64,000 nucleotides of DNA from positions 1,344,001 through 1,408,000 of the forward strand of contig CBDCXM010000009.1 of assembly GCA_965223855.1 (NCBI GenBank). The letters run 5' to 3'. The position numbers and the translations under genes were made by a program. This document shows positions 9,317-18,783 of this stretch, piece after piece (within the stretch, counting starts at the first letter, position 1; the number at the start of each line of letters is the position of its first letter). The notes below the pieces were generated by a model. It ran no database searches, was not told where the DNA came from, and saw nothing but the letters and a program-made list of their open reading frames with translations. This DNA is from Candidatus Multivoradales bacterium (GTDB taxonomy: Bacteria; Acidobacteriota; Thermoanaerobaculia; Multivoradales; JAHEKO01).

Positions 9317-10321
9317 TCAGGGGACTTTGCGAATCCTGTCTGAAGCGTCGCCCTCTGAAGCGAGGTATCGGCGCCAGGATGGCTCGAGGGCGGTGGCGAG
9401 CGAGGCGGTTTCGGGGAGGTGCTGGAGATGGCGCAGCGCTGCCCGGAGCGAGGGGGGGATGAGGGGAAGGTAGCGGTCGAAGCCGCGGTCGGCGAAGGAC
9501 TGGAAGGTGCCGACGATCTTGAGGCACCGTTGGGCTGCAGCCCGGTGGTAGCCCTCGGATTCGGAAGGGGCGACCGGGAGCAGGTCGAGCGTGGTTCGTT
9601 CTTCCTCGGTGGTGGAATAGAGCGAGTCGTTGAGGAGCGACGCGAGGTCGTAGTGGCGCGGGCCGAGTCGGAGGTCTTGATGGTCGATGAGGACGAGCTC
9701 GCCGTCGGAGGAGAGGACGAAGTTTCGTGCCATGAAATCGCGATGGCAGGGCGTCCTGGCCTCCCGGTCGAGCGCGTCGCAGAGTTCGAGCAGGGTCTGG
9801 TGAAACTCCTCATCGAGACGATCGTCCGCTCCACACAGGCCACGGGGCTCGAGGACGAGCTCCCAGCTTTGGAGCAGCTCACGCCTGAACACGCCGGCGT
9901 CGAGGGCTCCGTTGATGGCGGCCACGAGGTCGGCCGGCAGCTCCGCGAGGCGTTGGATCAGGGGGATGGCCGCTCTCCAGAAGCTCAGCCGCTCCCATCC
10001 TTCGGCCACGGCTTCGTAGGCGGTCCTGGCGCCCACGTCTTCGACCCACATGAACCCGTCCTCGCGACTCCAGGCGTGGATCTCGGGGACCCGGATCCGT
10101 GCCTGCTCGAGGAGCCGGGTCGTTCGGACGAAGCGAGAACCGGCTTGCGTCGCTTCCGCGGGATAGATCACGGCGATGGAGGTCCTGCCGCCGGGACCGC
10201 GAACGCGGACGTAGCGGCGCGTAGAGACATCCCCCGGCAGCGGGTCGAAAGCTTCCACCCGGCACCCGTGCCTGGCGAGCCAGTCGGACAGCTCCTCGAG
10301 CGGGAGGGGAGACGGAGACAA
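9317..10321 (-). CDS. aminoglycoside phosphotransferase family kinase, AmgK-like (anomeric MurNAc/GlcNAc kinase)
   Basis: GDVSTRRYVR, HRDFMARN, IDHQDLRLGPRHYDLASLL; start uncertain (TTG at 10321; ORF open to 10426). Confidence 0.8.
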   Translation of the reverse strand: MSPSPLPLEELSDWLARHGCRVEAFDPLPGDVSTRRYVRVRGPGGRTSIAVIYPAEATQAGSRFVRTTRLLEQARIRVPEIHAWSREDGFMWVEDVGARTAYEAVAEGWERLSFWRAAIPLIQRLAELPADLVAAINGALDAGVFRRELLQSWELVLEPRGLCGADDRLDEEFHQTLLELCDALDREARTPCHRDFMARNFVLSSDGELVLIDHQDLRLGPRHYDLASLLNDSLYSTTEEERTTLDLLPVAPSESEGYHRAAAQRCLKIVGTFQSFADRGFDRYLPLIPPSLRAALRHLQHLPETASLATALEPSWRRYLASEGDASDRIRKVP

Positions 10322-10342
10322 GGTGCCGGAAGTGAGGGTTCG

Positions 10343-10372
10343 TTGACAGTCGCGGTGGGGGGCAAGAATAAT
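10343..10372 (+). promoter_or_regulatory. sigma70-type promoter
   Basis: TTGACA-N18-AATAAT upstream of the 10410 gene. Confidence 0.5.
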
Positions 10373-10409
10373 CCATGCAGGCGCGGACGAACACCGGGCC
10401 CCTGCAACG

Positions 10410-10721
10410 ATGGACGAGAAACTCAAGCAACTGGTCGAAGAGCTGCGAGGCGCCGTCTCGCAGGCGCTGGTCGATTCTGCCCAGGTCGATCAGGCGTTGC
10501 GGCAGATCCGGGAACAGGGGTGGTCGCTCTACCTGGTGGTCGACCGCAAGGGTGGGGGGCAGGCACTCGAGGCCTACGAGATCGGCACAGATGCTGCGCC
10601 GGCGAGTGAGGCCAGCTTCAGGATCGACGCGACCGATCTCTCCTTTCTCCGTTCGATCGGCATCGACCCGACTCGCAAGAGCCGCCGCAAACGCGCCGAC
10701 CCTCAGGGCCACGATTCCTGA
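10410..10721 (+). CDS. small hypothetical protein
   Basis: MDEKLKQLVEEL...GWSLYLVVD...DLSFLRSIGI; good codon usage; resembles small proteins recalled from Acidobacteria. Confidence 0.75.
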   Translation: MDEKLKQLVEELRGAVSQALVDSAQVDQALRQIREQGWSLYLVVDRKGGGQALEAYEIGTDAAPASEASFRIDATDLSFLRSIGIDPTRKSRRKRADPQGHDS

Positions 10722-10755
10722 CGCGCGGTCCCTCGGCGTCGGACTCGCCTCCGAA

Positions 10756-11454
10756 TCAGTCTCGCCACAGAAGGGCGAGGTTGCGCCCCGCGGCCGCTCC
10801 GTCGCGGCGGTAGGACCAGAGCCACTGAGGATTGCAGCGGGTACACACGCTGACGGCCACGACGCCGGCGACGCCGCGTCGCTCGAGCTGGGTTGCCACC
10901 GCGGCCGCGAGGTCTACCTTCGGCCGTCGTCCCTTGCGGTCGACAACCTCGGAAGAAGAGGCGCCCTCGATCTGCTCTGCGACCTCTTCACCGACCTCGT
11001 AGCAGCACGGGCCGATCGCCGGACCGATCCAGGCGATTGCCGGTGCTGGAGTTTCGCCGGAGTCGCTCTCCAGTGCGTCGAGGCTGCGGTCGACCACGCG
11101 AGAGACGATCCCGCGCCATCCGGCATGGACCAGTGCCGAGGAGCCGCGCCGGGTGATCGCCACTGGAACGCAGTCCGCGGTCGCGATGCTCAGGGCGACG
11201 GCAGGTCCCCGGTCTGTCGTCACCAGGGCGTCGGCTTCTCCGCACAGCCCTGCAGCCGCCGGGGTCACGCGGTCCCCGTGGACCTGTTTCAGGAAGGAGA
11301 CCGGCAAGCGGGTACCGGAGACCGCTTCGAGCACGGACTCGCGCTCCGTCGATCGATCGACCCGACCGACGAAACGAATCCGGGTTTCTCCGTCTTCGAA
11401 GGCCCAGACCGGAAATCCCCCCATCCGGTCCGGCGGCGCGGTCACCTCCCTCAT
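10756..11454 (-). CDS. pgeF: PgeF/YfiH purine nucleoside phosphorylase (laccase domain)
   Basis: KQVHG, ADALVT, TADCVPV, HAGWRG, IGPAIGPCCYEVG, CTRC, SYRRDG. Confidence 0.95.
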   Translation of the reverse strand: MREVTAPPDRMGGFPVWAFEDGETRIRFVGRVDRSTERESVLEAVSGTRLPVSFLKQVHGDRVTPAAAGLCGEADALVTTDRGPAVALSIATADCVPVAITRRGSSALVHAGWRGIVSRVVDRSLDALESDSGETPAPAIAWIGPAIGPCCYEVGEEVAEQIEGASSSEVVDRKGRRPKVDLAAAVATQLERRGVAGVVAVSVCTRCNPQWLWSYRRDGAAAGRNLALLWRD

Positions 11455-11683
11455 GCCGCCATCCTAGCCTGCCCCCGGACCCCCTTCCGCCGTCCTCGGT
11501 GGAGCCTCCCTCCGACCAGCATCTCTTCCTCGTCGGAGGCTGCCCGGTCTCAGGCACGGCCTCAGATCCGACAGAGACCACAAGGAGCCCGCGCCACCTG
11601 GGCGGCGTCGGCTGCTTTAGACTAGCGGTGGGCGAGGCGACGGTCGGGCGGCGTGCCCTCGGAGCACAGGCGTCCGGCGAGAG

Positions 11684-12397
11684 ATGATCCAGTTTCTGCG
11701 CGTAACGAAGCGTTTCACCCCGGAGCGTGCGGCGCTCGACGAGGTCAGCATGGAGATCGCCGCTGGCGAGTTCGTCTTCCTCACCGGGGAGAGCGGCGCC
11801 GGCAAGAGCACCATGCTCGGGATGATCTACGGCGCCGTCGTTCCGACGACGGGCAACGTCCTCGTCAACGGCCGCAATGTAGGTTCCCTGCCGCGTGCCA
11901 AGATCCCCTACCTGCGGCGGACGATCGGCGTCGTCTTCCAGGACTCGCGTCTGATCGGTCGCCGGACGGTCTACGAGAACGTCGCCTACCTGCCGCAGAT
12001 TCTCGGGCTGTCCGCCGCGGAGCAGAAGGAGCGCGTCTACGCGGCACTCGACAGGGTCGGTCTCGCCGAGCGGGGAGAGGCCTTCCCGCGCCAGCTTTCG
12101 GGTGGCGAGCAGCAGCGGGTTGCGATAGCGAGAGCGATCGTCAACGAGCCGCCGGTTCTGCTTGCGGATGAACCGACCGGGAATCTCGATCCGGAGCTCT
12201 CCGACCGCATCTTCGATCTCTTCGAAGAGGCCCACGGAAACGGTGCCACCGTCCTCGTGGCGACCCACGACCCGCGGATGATCGATCGCATTCCGGCCCG
12301 GGTGCTGCGCCTCAAGGGCGGTCAGCTCATCGAGGACAGTGCGAGGGACCTTGTCCAGCCGACCGGTGACTTCGAGGAAGGGGAGGAGTCGCCGTGA
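11684..12397 (+). CDS. ftsE: cell division ATP-binding protein FtsE
   Basis: GESGAGKST, IPYLRRTIGVVFQD, LSGGEQQRVAIARA, ADEPTGNLD. Confidence 0.93.
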   Translation: MIQFLRVTKRFTPERAALDEVSMEIAAGEFVFLTGESGAGKSTMLGMIYGAVVPTTGNVLVNGRNVGSLPRAKIPYLRRTIGVVFQDSRLIGRRTVYENVAYLPQILGLSAAEQKERVYAALDRVGLAERGEAFPRQLSGGEQQRVAIARAIVNEPPVLLADEPTGNLDPELSDRIFDLFEEAHGNGATVLVATHDPRMIDRIPARVLRLKGGQLIEDSARDLVQPTGDFEEGEESP

Positions 12398-13314
12398 CCT
12401 GGGGACAGGCCATTGTCTACTTCTTCAGCGAGGCGCTGACCAGTCTTCGCCGCGGGTGGAGGGTCAGCCTGCTGGCCATTCTCACGATTGCCGTGAGCCT
12501 GTTCCTCGGAGGTGTCTTCCGGCTCCTCGGGATCAACCTGGCCGGACAGCTCGAGCAATGGCAGGGGGAGGCCAGGGTCGTGGCCTACTTCGCGCCGGAG
12601 ACGCGTACCGACAGACTGGCAGACGAGGCCGAGCGGCTGCGGCGGTTCTCCTGGATCGAGTCCGTCGAGGTCATCGACGAAGAACGCGCTCGGGGGCGCT
12701 TCGAAAGAGTATTCCCCGATCTCGCTGACCTGCTGGACGATCCCGAGGCGGAGCCGCTTCCCGCCTCCCTCGAGCTGACGGTCGCAGAGGCGGCTCTCGC
12801 CGACACCCGCGAGCTCCTGACGCGGGAGCTGGAGTCGATCGAGGGTGTCGAGTGGGTTGACGACGACGCACGATGGCTCGAGCGCCTGCAGACGCTCGTA
12901 ACCGCTTCCCGGCGGGTGGGGCTCGCCCTCGGAGGCCTCCTGCTGGCAGCGGCGGTGTTCACCATCGCGAGCGTGATCCGTCTGACGGCCTATCGTTATC
13001 GTGAGGAGATCGCGGTGATGAGGCAGGTCGGCGCCACCGAGCTGGTCATCCGATGTCCGTTTTACGTCGAGGGCTTCCTGCAGGGTCTGGCGGGTGGAGT
13101 GCTGGCGACCGGCGGCTTGTGGCTCTTTCACCTCTGGCTGCGACCCGATGGGCCCGGTGAGGGAGTCCGCGACGCTCTGGCCGGGAGCTTTCTGCCGGCG
13201 GGATCGATCCTGCTTCTGGTCTGCTTCGGTGCGCTCGCCGGCACGGCCGGGGCGATCCTGTCGCTCCCGCGCGAAGTCTTCGGGGCCGGGGCCGACCTCG
13301 ACTCCGACCTCTGA
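12394..13314 (+). CDS. ftsX: cell division permease FtsX
   Basis: TM, periplasmic PLPASL loop, REEIAVMRQVGAT..IRCPFYVEG; translationally coupled to ftsE. Confidence 0.92.
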   Translation: MTWGQAIVYFFSEALTSLRRGWRVSLLAILTIAVSLFLGGVFRLLGINLAGQLEQWQGEARVVAYFAPETRTDRLADEAERLRRFSWIESVEVIDEERARGRFERVFPDLADLLDDPEAEPLPASLELTVAEAALADTRELLTRELESIEGVEWVDDDARWLERLQTLVTASRRVGLALGGLLLAAAVFTIASVIRLTAYRYREEIAVMRQVGATELVIRCPFYVEGFLQGLAGGVLATGGLWLFHLWLRPDGPGEGVRDALAGSFLPAGSILLLVCFGALAGTAGAILSLPREVFGAGADLDSDL

Positions 13315-13350
13315 TCTTGCTGAGCCGGCAGCGGCCGCTGCCCGCAGAAA

Positions 13351-13385
13351 GAAAACCGCCCCGCCACCCGAAGGTGACGGGGCGG
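13351..13385 (-). terminator. rho-independent terminator of the OmpA gene
   Basis: CCGCCCCGTCACC-TTCG-GGTGGCGGGGCGG followed by TTTTCTTT on the minus strand. Confidence 0.85.
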
Positions 13386-13404
13386 GGAATGAGCAGCTGG
13401 GAAC

Positions 13405-14541
13405 TCAGCCGACGCTGATGATGACGACCGCGCGACGGTTCTCGGCACGGCCCTCGCGGGTGTCGTTGCTCGCGACCGGCTCGCGGGAGCCGCGGCCTTC
13501 GGTCGAGATGCGGGACGGATCGATGCCGTGCCGCTCGACGAGATAGGCCTTGACCGCCTCGGCGCGACGGAGGCTGAGGGGATCGTTGATGGCATCGTTG
13601 CCGGTGCTGTCGGTGTGGCCGATCACCATAGCCTCGAGCTCGGGATCCTGCTTGAGCTTGAGGGCGACCTCATCGAGCTTCGCCTTGCCGATATTGGAGA
13701 CCCGCGCGCTGTCGGTGTCGAAGTTGATGACCTCGCGCTCCTCGACCGGTGCCGGAGGCGGCGGCGGAGGCGGCGGCGGGGCTACAGGCTCGGGCGTCGG
13801 CTCCGGAGCGGGAGGCGCCGGTGGCGGCGGCGGAGGCGGTGTCGGCTCTGCCGGCCGCTCGCACGGCCCGCAGCGATTGCCGTTCCAGCGATAGGCAAGT
13901 CCGAGGGTCGCGATCAAGGGATCGACGTCGACCTCGAAGCCGTTGCCCTCTGCGGACGTCGCCAGGTAGCGGAGCCCGGCGGTCAGCGCCCAGGGGGCGT
14001 TCTCACCGAACGGGATGTCGAGCCCGGCGTTGAGGCCGAGCGCCGCTTCGCCGTCGAGACTCACGCTCTCGCGTGCCGTACCGAAGTCGTACGTCACGTC
14101 GTCGTAGTCGATGAGGCCGACGAACGGCCCGATGAAGAAATCGGCCCTCGAGCGCGGCGTCAGATGGAAATTGGCACCGACCGAGACCATCTGGAAGCCG
14201 ATGTCGGCATTCTGCATGAGCCACTCGGTGTCGGTGTCGATCGTGAGCATGCTGTCGAGATCGGCTGCCAGCAGGCCGAACGCCAGGCCGACCGGGCAGT
14301 TGGCGCGGTACTCGAGCTCAGCGCCCAGCCCGTTGCCCGAGCCGAGAACGAACTTGCTGGTCCTGAAAGGATCGGTCTGCGTCGTGCGGAACGGATCGTC
14401 CTTGACGTCGACCTTGGCGCCGAAGCCACGCAGTGTCCAGCGATAGCCGTCGGCGTTGCAGTCCTGAGCGCTGCTCGGCGCCGGGGCGACGACCAGCACT
14501 GCCGTCAGTGCCAGCAGGGCAACTCTGGGTATCCACTTCAT
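13405..14541 (-). CDS. OmpA family protein (OmpW-like barrel, Pro-rich linker, PG-binding domain)
   Basis: Signal peptide, beta-strands ending VDPLIATLGLAYRW, poly-Pro linker, INFDTDSA, GHTDSTG, LSLRRAEAV, NRRA. Confidence 0.93.
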   Translation of the reverse strand: MKWIPRVALLALTAVLVVAPAPSSAQDCNADGYRWTLRGFGAKVDVKDDPFRTTQTDPFRTSKFVLGSGNGLGAELEYRANCPVGLAFGLLAADLDSMLTIDTDTEWLMQNADIGFQMVSVGANFHLTPRSRADFFIGPFVGLIDYDDVTYDFGTARESVSLDGEAALGLNAGLDIPFGENAPWALTAGLRYLATSAEGNGFEVDVDPLIATLGLAYRWNGNRCGPCERPAEPTPPPPPPPAPPAPEPTPEPVAPPPPPPPPPAPVEEREVINFDTDSARVSNIGKAKLDEVALKLKQDPELEAMVIGHTDSTGNDAINDPLSLRRAEAVKAYLVERHGIDPSRISTEGRGSREPVASNDTREGRAENRRAVVIISVG

Positions 14542-14565
14542 TCTCTTCTCCCCAAAAATCAGATT

Positions 14566-14605
14566 CCAGGACTCGACCCTTCGAGTCCTGGCTAGAAGTG
14601 TAGCA
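14566..14605 (-). promoter_or_regulatory. extended -10 plus 5'-UTR stem-loop of the OmpA gene
   Basis: Minus strand TGC-TACACT (14597-14605), followed about 6 nt later by the perfect 11-bp stem CCAGGACTCGA-AGGG-TCGAGTCCTGG. Confidence 0.6.
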
Positions 14606-14670
14606 GTGTTGTCAGCGCAGTGGGATGGTGCCGGGAGGCGGCCGAAAGGCGAGCCAGCCCGATGTTGAGG

Positions 14671-15888
14671 CTAGTGCCGCGCTCGGATCGAGAAGCGTCC
14701 CTTGACGCTGCCGTCGGTGTCGAGCGCCTGAGCGACGATGCCGCCCATGAAGACCGTGTAGTCCTTGACGCGAAAGGAGGTCTCGAATCCGAACCCGGCG
14801 TCGGTGATGTAGTTCTCGGATTGCGACAGGACCTCGCTGTCGAAGCCGATCGCTCCATACCCCGCATAAAGGATCCAGTACCAGCTCGACCACTCGGCCT
14901 TCAGCGCCTGGCGACTTTCATCGACGAACCACGGCAGGAAGAACTCGAAGGTCGTCAGCAGCTCGTCGGTGCCGCGGAGAGGATCGTCGAGTCCCTTGAG
15001 GCCGTCGCGGCCGTCGAGCTTGAAGAAGACACCGCGCGGGACCGCGTAGCGGTCGGTCGAGCCCGGTGGCGCCTGGAGATCGAGATCTCCCTTGCGAAGG
15101 AAGGAGCCGCCGTTCACACGCCAGATGGCGAAGGCCTCCGGCCCGAGATCGAAGCGCTTGAGGCTGGCGACCTCGAGCTTGATGTAGTCGAAGTCGCCGA
15201 CCCACTCGGCGCCGTAGGAGAGTGCCGTCGAAAGGCCGAATCCGAACGGGCCGAGTTCGCGATGAGCCGTCAGAAGCTCGGTCCGCTCAGCTCGGCTCTC
15301 ACCGACGACGGAGTTGAGCCCGACGTCGGCTGCGGTGCCGATCTGGTGGCCGATCCTGACGAAGGCGTCGGTCTTGTTGGTCGTCAGGCTGAACTCCTCC
15401 TTGCTCGAGGTGATGCGGTCGAACTCGACGAGGAAGAAGGCGCGCTGGTGGTAGGAGAAGGGGTGCTGAATCAACAGCAGCCCACCTCTGGTGCGTTCGA
15501 AGTCGTTCGTTCCGCGGTCGATCGGATCGAACTCGACCGCGTCGAAGAGACCGATCTGGTAGACCGAGTCGTACCCGTAGTAGCGGTAGCGCAGGAACGC
15601 CTCGATGTCGCCGCTCAGGAAGTCGTAGCGCAGCTGACCTTCATAGAAGGACCCCTTGATCAGACGGCTCAGTCTGAAGTCGAGCTCGCCCTCCGGGAAA
15701 TAGAAGTCGAGCCGGGGGAAGACGGTCTCTCCGGCCGAAGAGTCGGCAGACGAAACCGCCGGCGGGGTTTCCCCCACCGGCGGATCGGCCTCTTGCGCCG
15801 AGAGCTCGCCCGCCAGTGTCAGGGAGGCGAGCCCCAGGGCGACGCGGAAGGCGAGGCCGGCTCCCGCGCCGCGCGGAGCGCTGCGCAA
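14671..15888 (-). CDS. outer membrane beta-barrel protein (Omp85/surface-antigen-like, no evident POTRA)
   Basis: Signal peptide, alternating aromatic beta-strands, FFKLDG..GLKG loop, DAGFGFE near the C-terminus. Confidence 0.65.
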   Translation of the reverse strand: MRSAPRGAGAGLAFRVALGLASLTLAGELSAQEADPPVGETPPAVSSADSSAGETVFPRLDFYFPEGELDFRLSRLIKGSFYEGQLRYDFLSGDIEAFLRYRYYGYDSVYQIGLFDAVEFDPIDRGTNDFERTRGGLLLIQHPFSYHQRAFFLVEFDRITSSKEEFSLTTNKTDAFVRIGHQIGTAADVGLNSVVGESRAERTELLTAHRELGPFGFGLSTALSYGAEWVGDFDYIKLEVASLKRFDLGPEAFAIWRVNGGSFLRKGDLDLQAPPGSTDRYAVPRGVFFKLDGRDGLKGLDDPLRGTDELLTTFEFFLPWFVDESRQALKAEWSSWYWILYAGYGAIGFDSEVLSQSENYITDAGFGFETSFRVKDYTVFMGGIVAQALDTDGSVKGRFSIRARH

Positions 15889-15894
15889 CGACGG

Positions 15895-17061
15895 CTACCG
15901 GCGCCGTGGCGGATCCGAGGATCCGGGCAGACTCTGAAGCGCCTTCTCGAGCTCCTCCTGCTCGCGACGCAGGTCCTCGAGCTCACGGTTCTCCGCCTCT
16001 ACGTCGGCGTTGTACTCGGCGGTCTCCTTGTTGGCCCGGACCCGCTCCACAGCCGCTGAGTTGCCCGCCTGCTGATAGGCCGAGATCGCCTCGTCGTAGG
16101 ACTTGGTCTTCTCGAAGACGAAGCCGATCTGTCCCCACACGGTCGCCTTGTCGGCGGAGGTCGATGCGTTGTTGAGCGCCTGCCGCAGCTGCGACTCGGC
16201 CGAGCTGTATTGACCCTTCTGCGTGTAGGCCTGCCCCATGTAGTAGTGGGCGAGCCAGTCGGAGCTGCGAGCTCTGCTCGCCCTCTCGGCAGCGGAGATC
16301 GCGGTGTCGTACTGCTTGGCGCCGAGAGCCGCTCCCGCCTCCATCAGATGGTTGTCGAAGCTCGGCGAGGCCTGGGCCAGCTGGCCGGCGACCTGGGTGG
16401 CGCGGGTGTACGCCTGGGACTTGCTGCTCCCCTGGGCGCGACGACCCTGCTGCATGAGCGCTTTCACGAGCGCACTGCGGTTGTCGGTCGAAGCGCTGAT
16501 GCTGACGGACTTCTCGAGGGCCGAAATCGCCGCGCCGAGATCACCGGCATTGAGCGCCGCGACGCCGTACTGATACTGGACGGACGCGTCGTTGGGACTG
16601 GCCGCGGCCGCGCGCTTCAGGGCTGCCGTCGCCGCGTCCCCCTGGCCGCTCTTGGAGAGCGCCACCGCGAGGAGTTGGTCGAGGGTGCCGCGCTGCCCGG
16701 CCTGCAGCTGCGAGCTGTCGATCTTGCTGAGGACGGAGGCTCCGTCCGCGTACCTGCGCGCCTGGACATAGGCCTGACCGAGGGCGAACTGCGTGGCTGC
16801 ATCGCCCGGAGAGAGGTCGTAGGCCTTGCGCAGATGGGTCAGCGCCTGGTCGGTCTTGTCGAGCTTGATCAGCACCTGACCCAGCATGCGCTGGCCCGGC
16901 GCCCAATCGGGCTGCTGATCGACCACTTTCTGGAACTCGGCAGCAGCGGTGGCGTAGTCGTTGGCCTTGAGGGCGGCGACACCCTCGTCCCAGCCGGCGT
17001 GCGCCGATCCGGCGATGAGGACCAGCAGCGCGGCGAAAGCGATGGTCAGTGTCTTGGTCAT
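15895..17061 (-). CDS. exported tetratricopeptide repeat protein
   Basis: AGGAGG RBS before MTKTLTIA; signal peptide AHA; many TPR helices; C-terminal coiled coil. Confidence 0.88.
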   Translation of the reverse strand: MTKTLTIAFAALLVLIAGSAHAGWDEGVAALKANDYATAAAEFQKVVDQQPDWAPGQRMLGQVLIKLDKTDQALTHLRKAYDLSPGDAATQFALGQAYVQARRYADGASVLSKIDSSQLQAGQRGTLDQLLAVALSKSGQGDAATAALKRAAAASPNDASVQYQYGVAALNAGDLGAAISALEKSVSISASTDNRSALVKALMQQGRRAQGSSKSQAYTRATQVAGQLAQASPSFDNHLMEAGAALGAKQYDTAISAAERASRARSSDWLAHYYMGQAYTQKGQYSSAESQLRQALNNASTSADKATVWGQIGFVFEKTKSYDEAISAYQQAGNSAAVERVRANKETAEYNADVEAENRELEDLRREQEELEKALQSLPGSSDPPRRR

Positions 17062-17140
17062 TTCGTACCTCCTCTTCGGGCGTCCTGCGAATGGTGCATG
17101 TGAGAAAAGTACCCTCGTGCTTCCTCCGGGGACCTCAGAC

Positions 17141-17156
17141 AGCAATCCCCGTGCCA
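17141..17156 (-). promoter_or_regulatory. sigma54 (-24/-12) promoter
   Basis: TGGCACGGGGATTGCT on the minus strand, consensus match, 80 nt upstream of the TPR gene. Confidence 0.8.
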
Positions 17157-17172
17157 CGAGTGCGAAATCGGT

Positions 17173-17988
17173 TCAGGAGAGCATCTGCTCGATCGACTCG
17201 GCGAAGGCTTGCGCCTGGGTCGGACCGAGAGCCGCGAGGATCGCCTTCTCGACGGTGTTGAACTGCTCGAGCAGGGCAGCGGCGCCGTTGCCGGCCGCGA
17301 TCTGCTGAGTGGCCGCTCGATAGGCCGCGTCGGCCTCGCCGGACCCGCCGTGATTGGACAGCAGCGCCGAAGCGCGGCTCTGCACGGACTGCGCGAGGCC
17401 TTGCAGATCCTGGACCGTCATCTTCTGGAGACGGTCCAGGCGTGCACTCTGCGCCGGCTCTTGCAGTTCGACGAGTCCCGAGGTGTTCAGTCCGAAGAGG
17501 GTCTTCGAAACCTCGAAGGCGCTCTTGCCCATCGCCTCCGCGATCTGCTCGATGGACCGCTCTTCGTCGATCCTCCGGATGACCGCCCATTCCGAAGGGC
17601 TGAGCGAGACGTTGGTCGAACCGCCGTCGGCCGTGAAGGTCGGGATGGCACGTGTCGACGGGACCCTCGTCACGAGCACTTTCCATTCGTCGATCCGCTG
17701 CGCTGCCTGCATCAGCAGGTTGGTGTTCGACTTGTCGATCGTGTCGTCGGGAGACTCGTCCCCGGGCGTGAAGACGAAGTCTCCCTCGTCCCAGGTGGCC
17801 AGCTCGTAGAAGGCCTCTTCGCCCCCCAGCCGGTCGGTCGTCGAGTGGACGATCTTCCCGTCACGCAGGAAGATGTTGCCGTTCCCCAGACGGCTCGTAA
17901 CGCTGAACTTCCCGGTCTTGCCGGAAGCGGCTACGAGCTGGAGAACATCGGGAAGCGGGAGTTCCTCGAGGGAACCCTGGAACGCCAT
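17173..17988 (-). CDS. DUF4388 (PATAN-like) domain protein
   Basis: MAFQGSLEELPLPDVLQLV..SGKTG...GNIFLRDGKIVH...WDEGDFVF...LLMQAAQRIDEW. Confidence 0.9.
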   Translation of the reverse strand: MAFQGSLEELPLPDVLQLVAASGKTGKFSVTSRLGNGNIFLRDGKIVHSTTDRLGGEEAFYELATWDEGDFVFTPGDESPDDTIDKSNTNLLMQAAQRIDEWKVLVTRVPSTRAIPTFTADGGSTNVSLSPSEWAVIRRIDEERSIEQIAEAMGKSAFEVSKTLFGLNTSGLVELQEPAQSARLDRLQKMTVQDLQGLAQSVQSRASALLSNHGGSGEADAAYRAATQQIAAGNGAAALLEQFNTVEKAILAALGPTQAQAFAESIEQMLS

Positions 17989-18012
17989 GGCTGTGTCGGC
18001 ACCTCTTGGCTG

Positions 18013-18756
18013 CTACTGCAGTCGGAAATTCACGGTCAGATTGTAGAAGACATCGACCGGCTTGCCGTTGAGCGTAGCAGGCTTGAACTTCCACTTCTGG
18101 ACCGCGTCGACCGCAGCCTGGTCGAGGCCCATCGGCAGCGGCTTGAGAACCCTCACGTTGGTCACGTTGCCGTCCTTGTCGATGATGGCTTCGACGATGA
18201 CCACGCCCTGAATTCGAGCCTTCCGCGCGATCTCCGTGTACTGCGGATTCGGTCCCGAGATCTTCTCCGGCCGGCTGACGTCGCCACCGACCCGGATCGG
18301 GCCCTGAGGCTCCACCGGAGGAGGACCATCCGGGATGTCGAAGATGATGTCGGTGTCGGGCAGGTCGATGTCCTGCTCGATCTCTTCTTCGATCCGGATC
18401 GGTTCCGGCTCATCCGGCGTCGGATCGGGAATCGGCACCTTCTTCGTCTTCGGCTTCGGCAGCTCCTGCTGCTGCTTCGGTGGTGGCGGCTTGAACCGCA
18501 CCTGCTGCACGACGTACACCTTCTGCTTCTTCTGCTCGGCATCCGCGATGCTGGGCTTGAGGAAGCCGAAGTTCACGACGAAGAGGATGGCGTGGAAGAT
18601 GACCGCGCCGATGATTGCGTAGCGCAGTCGCTTCGAGTCTTCCGCGTCCTCCTGGGCGAACTCCCAGAAAGCGCCGCCTTGCTCGGTGGTCATGCCACTC
18701 TGCGCAGGCTGCTTCTCAGGGGCCTTGGGGGCCGGGGCCTTGGGATTCTCTGCCAT
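18013..18756 (-). CDS. tonB: energy transducer TonB
   Basis: TM with His, Pro/Lys-rich linker, PQYTEIARKARIQGVV...WKFKPATLNGKPV. Confidence 0.93.
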   Translation of the reverse strand: MAENPKAPAPKAPEKQPAQSGMTTEQGGAFWEFAQEDAEDSKRLRYAIIGAVIFHAILFVVNFGFLKPSIADAEQKKQKVYVVQQVRFKPPPPKQQQELPKPKTKKVPIPDPTPDEPEPIRIEEEIEQDIDLPDTDIIFDIPDGPPPVEPQGPIRVGGDVSRPEKISGPNPQYTEIARKARIQGVVIVEAIIDKDGNVTNVRVLKPLPMGLDQAAVDAVQKWKFKPATLNGKPVDVFYNLTVNFRLQ

Positions 18757-18783
18757 AGCTGGATTCCGTGTTGAGAGGCGTTC

